Shown: positions 19,389 through 26,634, counted from the stretch's first letter. The stretch is 32,000 nt of DNA from Candidatus Brocadia sp. (GCA_021650915.1 CP091279.1:450001-482000), one strand, 5' to 3'. Numbers and translations are program-made. The notes: generated from the sequence alone by a model not told the origin.

Positions 19389-19778
19389 TTGCGATTACAG
19401 CAACTTTTGGTAGGAGATCCCACTGCAAAAATTTTAATGTTAGACACATTCAATGAGGTACTTCTCCAATGTTTTTCCAGAAAGCACAAACAATTAACTT
19501 CGCAGTATTCTAAGGCAGCTGGTAATAAGCCACACCCAGATTTTGGTAATTGGTTAAATCATTCTCAATTGGCAATGGTATTACCAAAAGGAATCCAATG
19601 GTTTCAAGAAGTACATAACAATCGTGTTAAAGCCGATCTCGCCCATGCAAAGATAAAAGGAGGTAAAACAAAAGGAAAACCTACAAAGCCAATATCATAT
19701 GAAAAAGCCGATAAGATAGTAAAACGTGCTAAAATAGCATGGGCCGAATTAATTTCGGAGTGGAAGAAAATATTATAG
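19389..19778 (+). CDS. In-frame continuation of the RT gene: small helical domain with a HEPN-like R-x6-H motif (possible AbiA-type C-terminal HEPN)
   Basis: It is in the same reading frame as the RT (19389-17652 = 1737 = 3 x 579). Only one stop (TAG 19365-67) and 7 sense codons (HDAERRC) separate the two ORFs. The motif ..WFQEVHNNRVKADLAHAK.. has R at 19623-25 and H at 19644-46, which fits HEPN Rx4-6H at its upper limit. There is no convincing RBS or ATG of its own (the track start is TTG). The domain call is tentative. Confidence 0.45.
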   Translation: MRLQQLLVGDPTAKILMLDTFNEVLLQCFSRKHKQLTSQYSKAAGNKPHPDFGNWLNHSQLAMVLPKGIQWFQEVHNNRVKADLAHAKIKGGKTKGKPTKPISYEKADKIVKRAKIAWAELISEWKKIL

Positions 19779-20448
19779 AGGAATCAGCCTTTAACTTTCT
19801 ATTGAACCTCTTTCTTATTAACACATTAAAAGTAAAGCAATTCTGTTCAGCTTACTCAACCTTTTCAAGAACAAAAGTTTTTAGATTTGAACTGAAGGTA
19901 TGGCCAAATATAACATTTACAAAATCGAGAAGGCCAAGGAACCAAGCTTGCTTGAAAAACTACAAACTGTCGGCCTCTCTCTTGCTGCTCAGAAAAGTGT
20001 TGGCGGTTTTAGCCTTTCGTTTTATTTTTCAAAAGAACCGGAGGACATTGATATTTGGTGGGCCGATTTGTACAAAGATTTCTGAAATCAAATCATTGAT
20101 TTTCTTGATGAAACTTGCTGAGTGGCAAAGACAATGTTCTAACGCGGGATATGAGGCTATTGTTCGTGTAGGATATAGACAGAAATAGGCTGCCATCGAA
20201 TTAGTTTCGCAGGATAGGCGAGGCCGAGCGAACGCAACGATGTTGTTTGTCAGCAAAGCCTTTGGCATGCAAGACGGTCAAATGTCGGCTTTCAATGCCA
20301 GTGTGGCAAACTTCAGTGCTGATATTTGAAATATGAATCGTTTTTTATCAAAATGATTTGATAGAATATCGCTTAACTCAAGCAAAGAGTTATAGTGCTT
20401 ATTTCTCGATATCAAACTTCTAAAATTAAAAGCCATTTTAAAAGATTC

Positions 20449-20477
20449 TTGCATAACAAATTATTTATGTTTAAAAA
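20449..20477 (+). promoter_or_regulatory. Candidate sigma70-type promoter for the RHH-mazF operon
   Basis: TTGCAT (20449-54), a 17-nt spacer, then TAAAAA(T) (20472-77). A strong RBS AGGAGG at 20482-87 lies 5 nt before ATG 20493. Confidence 0.4.
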
Positions 20478-20492
20478 TTATAGGAGGCTCTT

Positions 20493-20753
20493 ATGAGTTC
20501 GACAGTACAAAAGGCAAAAAAGGCAAAAAAGATAACTATTTCTTTACCAACGGAAATTTTAAAAGAAGTTGAGGAATTAGAGAAAAAACTAAAAATGCCA
20601 AAATCGGAAATTTTAAGTAAGGCTCTTGAAAAATTTTCGAGGGATTACAAGGCAAAAAAACTACAAAAAATTGCTAAAATGATGGCCCCTGAATACATGT
20701 TGGATAGCGATCTTGTAGCGATGACTTCTCTTGATTCTGAGGAATTCAGATGA
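20493..20753 (+). CDS. Ribbon-helix-helix (CopG/MazE-like) antitoxin
   Basis: 86 aa. KKITISLPTEILKEVEELEKKLKMPKSEILSKALEKF is an RHH fold signature. It has an AGGAGG RBS, and its stop overlaps the toxin ATG (ATGA at 20750). Confidence 0.8.
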   Translation: MSSTVQKAKKAKKITISLPTEILKEVEELEKKLKMPKSEILSKALEKFSRDYKAKKLQKIAKMMAPEYMLDSDLVAMTSLDSEEFR

Positions 20754-21088
20754 AGCAAAAAGAAATATGGTTAATAAATTTAGACCCATCAATTGGAGCA
20801 GAAATTAAAAAAACCAGACCTTGCGTTATTTTGAATGATGATAGCATAGGTGTTTTACCGCTCAAGGTCGTTGCGCCTATTACTGATTACAAAGAAAAGT
20901 ATGAAATAGTGCCATGGATGGTACAACTCATTCCAGATAAATTAAATAACCTGAAAAAAATTTCAGTAATAGATGTATTTCAGGTGAGGTCTGTTTCGGA
21001 AAAAAGGTTGATAAGGAAATTGGGTGTTATTAGAGAAGATGATATCCTGAAAGCAAAAGAGGCACTGAAATTGGTATTTGGCCTATGA
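20750..21088 (+). CDS. mazF: MazF/PemK-family endoribonuclease toxin
   Basis: 112 aa. MKQKEIWLINLDPSIGAEIKKTRPCVILNDD..LPLKVVAPITD.. is the canonical PemK/MazF N-terminal pattern (GxE/KxxKxRPxVIL). Confidence 0.9.
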   Translation: MKQKEIWLINLDPSIGAEIKKTRPCVILNDDSIGVLPLKVVAPITDYKEKYEIVPWMVQLIPDKLNNLKKISVIDVFQVRSVSEKRLIRKLGVIREDDILKAKEALKLVFGL

Positions 21089-21263
21089 ATGAATCCCCAA
21101 CAAACCCATCCACTTTATTTACTCTATAATGGTCAATGTATTGAATATTGCTTGAATCCTGCAAAGCAACTGAAATCTATTGTTCGGCAATAGTTGTCTA
21201 TAAAGGATTACGTTGAGTTATTCGATAATATTTCCGATTCGTAACTGGATATTCATTAGTTAG

Positions 21264-21603
21264 GGCTTTCTGAAGTGGTTTGAACGCGAAATTGGAGCAG
21301 AGATTGAAAATCTTACAAACAAGACTGCCATAAAGGAGTACCATGAGTACGACTTTAATCAACTCCTCGAAGTCCTCAAGAAGAATAGTACAAATTGTCC
21401 ATAATCCTTCTGTTCGAAAGGCCTACGAACATATTGAAAATCATTACACAGAGGGCATGTCAATTCTCGAACCATTAAAAGCCGGAATTAAAGCCACAGA
21501 CGAATTGATAGACGAGATTGTTTACCGGCTATATAGACTAACAGAAGAGGAAATTGAGGTTGTCAGGGTAAATGATCGGAATAGTCGATTTTTGTCTGTC
21601 TAA
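21264..21603 (+). pseudogene. C-terminal remnant of a type IIG/Eco57I- or PglX-like R-M methyltransferase, frameshifted
   Basis: Frame A reads ..LKWFEREIGAEIENLTNKTAIKEYHEYDFNQLLEVLKKN... After a shift near 21395, frame B reads ..SVRKAYEHIENHYTEGMSILEPLKAGIKATDELIDEIVYRLYRLTEEEIEVV. The ending IDxxVYxLYxLTEEEIxxV is the stereotyped C-terminus of these enzymes. Only ~100 of the expected >900 codons are present. Confidence 0.6.
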
Positions 21604-21639
21604 TTGTGATAATAATGATAAAATACGCATAGTAAATTT
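21596..21639 (+). repeat. Copy 1 of a 44-bp direct repeat forming the leader of a TA cassette (upstream of mntA)
   Basis: ctgtctaattgtgataataatgataaaatacgcatagtaaattt compared with 22307-22350 matches at 42/44. The similarity continues loosely (gaga..gggataa.aa.ATGAAAA) into the start codon. Confidence 0.9.
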
Positions 21640-21660
21640 TGAGAATGAAGGGATAAGAAC

Positions 21661-21954
21661 ATGAAAAACCTTGAGAAAATAAAGGAAATTATTGCTAAAC
21701 ATAAAAACAAATTACATGATAAATATTCCGTTATAGAGATTGGGATTTTTGGTTCATATGTGAGAGAAGAACAAAAGGAGACAAGTGATGTAGACATTTT
21801 GGTTGAGTTTGAAAAACCAGTAAGCCTGCTTCAAATAGTTTCTCTTGAAAATTATCTTTCTGATATTCTCGGAGTCAAAGTTGATGTTGTTCCTAAAAAA
21901 AATATTCGTAAAGAACTTAAGGATTATATCTTGAAGGAGGCAGTTCCTGTATGA
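21661..21954 (+). CDS. mntA: Minimal nucleotidyltransferase antitoxin MntA (type VII TA)
   Basis: 97 aa. IGIFGSYVREEQKETSDVDILVEF matches the GSxxRGx(n)SDxDxxV NTase signature. It overlaps the downstream HEPN gene (ATGA at 21951). Confidence 0.9.
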   Translation: MKNLEKIKEIIAKHKNKLHDKYSVIEIGIFGSYVREEQKETSDVDILVEFEKPVSLLQIVSLENYLSDILGVKVDVVPKKNIRKELKDYILKEAVPV

Positions 21955-22304
21955 AAAGGAACGCAAAGCTTTACATCAGCGACATCCTTGAATATATGGA
22001 AAGGGCAGAAAGCCATATTAAGAGTCTCGGCTTTGAGGAATTTCTTAAAGAAGAGAAAACATGTGATGCGGTTATAAGGTGCATCGAAGTTATCGGGGAA
22101 GCTACTAAAAACATACCTGACGAGATAAGAAGTAAATATCACTTTATCCCATGGCGTGATATGGCAGGTATGAGGGATAAAATAATTCATGCTTACTTTA
22201 CTGTGGATTTTGAGACAGTTTGGCTTGTTGTAAAAGAAGAAATCCCAAGGTTAAAGCCAATGATAAAAAGGGTTTCGGAGGATTTAGAGAACGAATTGAG
22301 ATGA
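21951..22304 (+). CDS. hepT: HEPN-domain (DUF86) toxin HepT
   Basis: 117 aa. ..WRDMAGMRDKIIHAYFTVDFETVW.. contains the R-x4-H-x-Y HEPN catalytic motif. Confidence 0.9.
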   Translation: MKRNAKLYISDILEYMERAESHIKSLGFEEFLKEEKTCDAVIRCIEVIGEATKNIPDEIRSKYHFIPWRDMAGMRDKIIHAYFTVDFETVWLVVKEEIPRLKPMIKRVSEDLENELR

Positions 22305-22306
22305 AT

Positions 22307-22350
22307 CTGTCTCATTGTGATAATAATGTTAAAATACGCATAGTAAATTT
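22307..22350 (+). repeat. Copy 2 of the 44-bp TA-leader direct repeat (upstream of hicB)
   Basis: ctgtctcattgtgataataatgttaaaatacgcatagtaaattt. It matches 21596-21639 at 42/44. Confidence 0.9.
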
Positions 22351-22373
22351 AGAGAGCATGGGTGGATAAAAAA

Positions 22374-22577
22374 ATGAAAATTCAAGTAATCTTAGAACCA
22401 AGTGATGAAGGGGGCTTTACGGCAATCGTTCCTTCACTTCCCGGTTGTATAAGTGAAGGCAATACGAAGGAGGAGGCATTAAAAAATATCAGAGAAGCCA
22501 TTGAATTATATCTCGAACCAGTTGACGATGATCTGAGGTTTAGTCCAGATGCACAGGTCTTAGAAATTGCCATATGA
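22374..22577 (+). CDS. hicB: HicB-family (UPF0150) antitoxin
   Basis: MKIQVILEPSDEGGFTAIVPSLPGCISEGNTKEEALKNIREAIELYLE is the typical HicB N-terminal RNase-H-like fold sequence. I prefer ATG 22374 over the track's GTG 22362. The stop overlaps the next ATG (ATGA). Confidence 0.85.
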   Translation: MKIQVILEPSDEGGFTAIVPSLPGCISEGNTKEEALKNIREAIELYLEPVDDDLRFSPDAQVLEIAI

Positions 22578-22801
22578 CAAAAGTCCCGAATTTGAATTAT
22601 GGACAGGTCATTCATGCTTTGCGTTGTGATTGATGGGTAATTGTCCGGCAAAAAGGTTGTTACATACGCCTGCAAAAGCATACGACAGAAAGAACACGAA
22701 AACTCACAGTCCCAGCGCACAACCCCATCAAGAGGTCTACATTATCCCATATTATTAAACAAGCGCATTTATCTGTTGATGAATTTACAAGATTGTTATA
22801 G
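22574..22801 (+). pseudogene. hicA: hicA (YcfA-like) toxin inactivated by an in-frame TGA and loss of the catalytic GSH motif
   Basis: A single frame reads MTKVPNLNYGQVIHALRCD*WVIVRQKGCYIRLQKHTTERTRKLTVPAHNPIKRSTLSHIIKQAHLSVDEFTRLL*. The TGA at 22631-33 sits where HicA proteins have Gly (..G-W/F-x-x-x-R). The conserved K-G-S-H is K-G-C-Y here. Confidence 0.75.
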
Positions 22802-22955
22802 AAATCGAAACGCGTTTTCCTGAAAAGTCAGAATTAAAGATACCAGGCTTGTTTAACCCGACTTTCGCAATTCGCGCCAAAAAAAGTTTATTTTTGGGCA
22901 AGAGTCGCCAGGAAACCCGTGATATTCAAGGGGTGAATTTTCAAAACGGCTTGTA

Positions 22956-25009
22956 GTGCCGACCTACCCTCTTGACGCATGCAGGGGGAAGTGCGAAAAT
23001 GCTCGCATGCTTCTCCGGGAAAAGACACGAACGAAAGATGGAAAAACCCACCGTTATTGGAGCATGGTAGAGAACCGCCGGGTCAGCGGAAGAAGGGTGG
23101 TGCAGCGGCAGGTTCTCTCTTTGGGAGAACTCAATGACAATCAACGGGCTGGGTGGGTTCGGACGATAGAGACGGTGTCGGGTAAAGAACCCAGGCCAAG
23201 ACAACTGGCGTTGTTTCCCCGGACGACCGAGAAGCCAGGCCGATACCGGATGGTGAGACAGTCCGGATGAGATTGGACAAAATAGAGCTGCGCCATCCGC
23301 GGGAGTGGGGAGCGAGCTGGTTGGGATTGTATGTATAGTATTACTGTATAAAAACTTCTTTTTTCTGTGAGTTTTTTCACAAACCCCTTTCAGGAGGTAC
23401 CGTTTTTTATGAGTGAAAGATTGCTTCGCTTCACTCGCAATGACAACATGCAGTGTACCATCAAAGTGCATGGCCGGTGTCATTGCGAGGGCCTTTTCCG
23501 AAGCAATCTCCCCGCTTTCATAAAGGAAATTTGGTTGCGGCTGTGCCGCGCTATGGAATATGCTGGAACTGGACACATTCTGGAGGATGCGTCTGCCGTC
23601 AAGCCGGAAGGGGACAAGCTGGTTGAATATACTGAAGGCGCTTGTCTGTTACCGGTTGATCGATCCGGGAAGCGAATTTCGTTTTCACCGTGAGTGGTAC
23701 GTGCGGAGCGCAACAGGCGATCTGCTGGGAGAGGATTATTCCCTGGCGCAGAAGGACAAGGCGTATCGTTGTTTGGATTTGTTGCTTGAGCATCGGGACG
23801 AGCTGTTTGCCTATTTAAAGGAGAAGTGGGGCAAGCTCTTTGGGGCGAAGTACGATGTGCTGCTGTATGATTTGACGAGTACGTATTTTGAAAAGTGACC
23901 CACCTCCGACTGGATCGGGGAGTAAGAAACGGTTTGGATATAGTCGGGACAAACGTTCGGATTGCGTGCAGGTGGTAGTGGCATTGGTGTTAACGCCGGA
24001 AGGATTTCCCGTTGCCTACGAAGTGTATCCGGGCAATACCAGAGACACCGCAACGCTGGAGGAATTTCTGGATCGGATTGAAAAGCAGTATGGGAAATTC
24101 CGGCGCACCTGGCTCATGGATAGAGGTATTCCAACGGAGGAGATGTTGGAAAAGATGCGTGAGCGAGGGATTGATTATTTGGTTGGTACTCCGAAGGGGC
24201 ATTTGACGAGAGTAGAAAAACCGCTGCTCGAACAAACCTGGATGCGGGCGAGGGAGAGCGTCCGCGTGAAAGTTCTTCGGCAGGAATCGGAGTTTTACGT
24301 TTACGTGGAAAGCCATGACCGGGTGTCTAAGGAGCGTGCCATGCGTAGGCGCAGACTCAGACGTTTGTGGATGGGCCTGCGCGAACTTCGCAATCGAAAA
24401 GCCCTCACGCGCGATGACCTGCTCATGCATATTGGCGCGTTAAAGAAAGAAGCCGGACGAGACTACAGACTGGTCACGATCTCCATTCCCAAACCGCAGG
24501 AACCGGTCAATGAGAATACGTTCCGGTTCAGTTTGGATCGGGAACGCCTGAGGCAGGCGTATCGGCGCGAGGGGCGTTATTTGCTTCGTTCCAACATGCA
24601 GGCCGCCGCGCCAGAAACCGTCTGGGAAAATTATTTGCTGTTGACGCGGATAGAACAGGCATTTAAGGACTTGAAGGGGTCTCTTTCCGTCCGCCCCCTA
24701 TGGCATCAATTGGAACGGAGAATTGAAGCCCATATCTTTGTTTCCTTTTTGGCTTTTTGTCTCCACACGACACTGCGCAATCTTGCGCGGGGGAGGGCCG
24801 GAGGGCTGACGTCTGAAGCGATTTTGGAAAAACTGTCGGGCATTCAAATGATAGACGTTCATTTACCGACCACGGATGGCCGTCATATTGTCATGAGTCG
24901 TTATACCCAGCCGGAGAAGGACGTTTTACTCCTTTTGGCACAATTGGGATTAACGCTTCCTGAACAACCGCCGCCCAAGGTTTACGCATCCGGACAGGTC
25001 GGCCTGTAG
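22956..25009 (+). pseudogene. IS1634-family DDE transposase broken into at least 3 frames (track fragments 22956-23270, 23560-23898, 23888-25009)
   Basis: The N-terminus ..LLREKTRTKDGKTHRYWSMVENRRVSGRRVVQRQVLSLGEL.. is typical of IS1634. It continues in another frame as ..RMRLDKIELRHPREWGASWLGLY. A 218-nt insertion follows, then LWNMLELDTFW..YDLTSTYFEK* with a shift at the T4/A4 tract 23886-23894. The last frame reads ..KRFGYSRDKRSDCVQVVVALVLTPEGFPVAYEVYPGNTRD...RPLWHQLERRIEAHIFVSFLAF. Confidence 0.8.
23333..23550. repeat. ~218-bp non-coding insertion (MITE-like) carrying a long imperfect hairpin, nested in the IS1634-like transposase gene
   Basis: It interrupts ..WLGLY|LWNMLELD... The hairpin arms are agattgcttcgcttcactcgcaatgac (23418-23444) and gtcattgcgagggccttttccgaagcaatct (23479-23509). 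The outer 11 nt and inner 11 nt of the arms pair perfectly around an internal bulge. This is the widespread cattgcgag...gaagcaatc repeat type that yields spurious LLRF(A/T)RNDN and VIASEAKQS peptides, both of which appear in track ORFs here. The insertion ends are approximate. Confidence 0.6.
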
Positions 25010-25127
25010 TGCCGACCTTTTTGCATGACCCCTTGATTTTCCTGGCTCAGAGGGTTGCATACCCCTCGAATTGCGAAAGTCGGGTTAATCAGTTTCTTTG
25101 CAGTTAACGGCTACGGAGTCTCTCCGC

Positions 25128-25136
25128 TTGAATCGT
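25128..25136. repeat. Left copy of the 9-bp target-site duplication of the ISAs1-like element
   Basis: ttgaatcgt is immediately followed by the IS end cagggctacgtcaag. An identical 9-mer lies at 27178-27186. Confidence 0.9.
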
Positions 25137-25214
25137 CAGGGCTACGTCAAGTATAAGCGCAAGTACTGACACGTAAAAAAGAAAAGGAATAAACTGGCTT
25201 TTTCAAAATGGTTC

Positions 25215-26582
25215 TTGTATAATAGTTTCATGAACCATGAAGAGACACGAAAAAGCGTAGTACCATCGGGCGGTCTTCACGGCATTGAAGTAAGACCCAT
25301 CCGTCGGGAAGAACGAACCCGATGGGACGAACTCATGCGCCAATACCATTATCCTGGGCTTCACTCTCTGATCGGGGAAAGCATCCGGTATCTGGCGATA
25401 CACCAGGGACAATGGCTTGCCTTGATCGGATGGTCAGCAGCGGCATTCAAATGCAAGGTACGAGACCGCTGGATAGGATGGCCTTGCTTTCTTCAGTACC
25501 GGCGGTTGTCTTTTGTTGCCAATAACAGCCGTTTCCTGATCTTCCCTCATGTCCGTATACCCAACCTTGCCTCTTATGTCCTCGCCCGGAATCTCAAACG
25601 ATTATCCCAAGACTGGCAAACCATCTATAACCATCCGATCTATCTTGCAGAGACCTTTGTCGATCCGCGCTCTTTCAAGGGCACCTGTTACAAGGCCCAG
25701 GGCTGGGAGTTTCTGGGATATACCCGCGGGTTTGCAAAATGCGCTCACCGGTATTATTCCCACAACCAACCCAAGATGGTCTTTGTTCGTCCTGTTCTTC
25801 CCGATGGGAAAAGAAAACTCTCTGAACCGTATCTCGAAACCCGAAACACCCCAAAGGAGGTAAAACCGATGCGCCTTTCTCTGAAAGATGCTGAATCACT
25901 GAAAGAACGATTATCCCAGATTCCTGATCCCCGTCTATCACGCGGCAAACGACACAGAAAGCTTTCCGTCATGACCATTTCTCTTTGCGCCCTTCTGTGT
26001 TCTGCCACAAGCTTTGCCGCTATCGCTGAGTGGGCAAAATCATGCAGTCAAAATATGCTCAAACGTCTCGGCTGTCGTCTGAACCCAAAGACCGGCATCT
26101 ATGAACCTCCCAGCGAACCTACCATCCGCAGGTTCCTGCAAGACGTTGATGCCGAAGCGGTAGATACGGCCCTCTACGGCTGGCTTCAGTCCCTTGCCGG
26201 AGAAGATACTGCCCTTGCCATTGACGGGAAGACCCTCAAGGGCGCATACCAGGAAAACGGGCAGAAAATTCATCTCCTCTCTGCCTTTCTCCAGCAAAAA
26301 GGCGTCGTTATCGCCCAATGTCCCGTTGACCAGAAAACCAACGAAATCCCAACGCTGAAAACCCTCCTTGACCCCTTAGACATCAAGGACAAGGTGGTCA
26401 CTCTCGATGCCCTGCATACCCAAAAAGAGACGGCGCGGTATCTCGTTGAAGACAAGAAAGCCGATTACCTCTTTACCGTAAAAGACAACCAACCCACTCT
26501 CAGACAACATATCGAAGACCTCCGCCTGGTCTCTTTTCCCCCCTCAGCACAAAACCATCGACAAACATCACGGACGCATTGA
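25215..26582 (+). CDS. DUF4338 (DruA-like) domain fused to the ISAs1-family DDE transposase, first frame
   Basis: Residues ~20-200 (..IEVRPIRREERTRWDELMRQYHYPGLHSLIGESIRYLAIHQGQWLALIGWSAAAFKCKVRDRWIGW..ANNSRFLIFP..LAETFVDPRSFKGTCYKAQGWEFLGYTRGF..) match my recollection of DUF4338. The next stretch, ..IPDPRLSRGKRHRKLSVMTISLCALLCSATSFAAIAEWAK..LAIDGKTLKGA..VTLDALHTQKETARYL..DYLFTVKDNQPTL, is classic ISAs1/H-repeat transposase. The frame is lost at the T4C6 tract 26534-26543. Confidence 0.8.
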   Translation: MYNSFMNHEETRKSVVPSGGLHGIEVRPIRREERTRWDELMRQYHYPGLHSLIGESIRYLAIHQGQWLALIGWSAAAFKCKVRDRWIGWPCFLQYRRLSFVANNSRFLIFPHVRIPNLASYVLARNLKRLSQDWQTIYNHPIYLAETFVDPRSFKGTCYKAQGWEFLGYTRGFAKCAHRYYSHNQPKMVFVRPVLPDGKRKLSEPYLETRNTPKEVKPMRLSLKDAESLKERLSQIPDPRLSRGKRHRKLSVMTISLCALLCSATSFAAIAEWAKSCSQNMLKRLGCRLNPKTGIYEPPSEPTIRRFLQDVDAEAVDTALYGWLQSLAGEDTALAIDGKTLKGAYQENGQKIHLLSAFLQQKGVVIAQCPVDQKTNEIPTLKTLLDPLDIKDKVVTLDALHTQKETARYLVEDKKADYLFTVKDNQPTLRQHIEDLRLVSFPPSAQNHRQTSRTH

Positions 26583-26634
26583 AATCCGCCAGGTCTGGAC
26601 CAGCGCCGATTTAAACCATTACCTTGCATTCCCC

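Larger units (their letters stand above)
22853..25088 (+). mobile_element. IS1634-like (IS4 superfamily) insertion sequence, degenerate
   Basis: It has perfect 22-bp terminal inverted repeats: ttaacccgactttcgcaattcg (22853-22874) and cgaattgcgaaagtcgggttaa (25067-25088). Gapped subterminal inverted-repeat blocks (gccaggaaa, tcaaggggt) occur at both ends. The outermost TTAA is palindromic, so it could instead be a 4-bp target duplication. Confidence 0.85.

Noticed and set aside
19739-20268. Track ORFs 19739-20188 (+, 149 aa) and 20029-20268 (-, 79 aa) as genes
   Set aside because: Their sequences are low-complexity and Leu/Phe/Lys-rich with no motifs. The first starts inside the RT-tail ORF, and both overlap each other and the 61-codon ORF. 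I treat them as non-coding or remnant DNA.
21596-22350. The 44-bp repeats as integron attC sites, which would make the TA genes integron cassettes
   Set aside because: The copies are direct repeats without the internal imperfect palindrome (R''-L''/L'-R') or the GTTRRRY core. No intI integrase or attI is present in the window.
22631-22633. The in-frame TGA in hicA as selenocysteine or programmed readthrough
   Set aside because: I saw no SECIS-like hairpin immediately downstream. The position is a conserved Gly in the family. The catalytic GSH motif is also destroyed, so pseudogenisation explains both lesions.
22853-22856. TTAA as a definite 4-bp target-site duplication of the IS1634-like element
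   Set aside because: TTAA is palindromic, so it is equally well explained as the outermost 4 bp of the inverted repeat. It cannot be decided without an empty site.
22941-23713. Track ORFs 22941-23576 (-, 211 aa), 23367-23693 (+, 108 aa) and 23480-23713 (-) as genes
   Set aside because: They run antisense to or across the IS1634-like transposase fragments. Their only recognisable strings (VIASEAKQS, LLRFTRNDN) are the well-known translation artefacts of the hairpin repeat.
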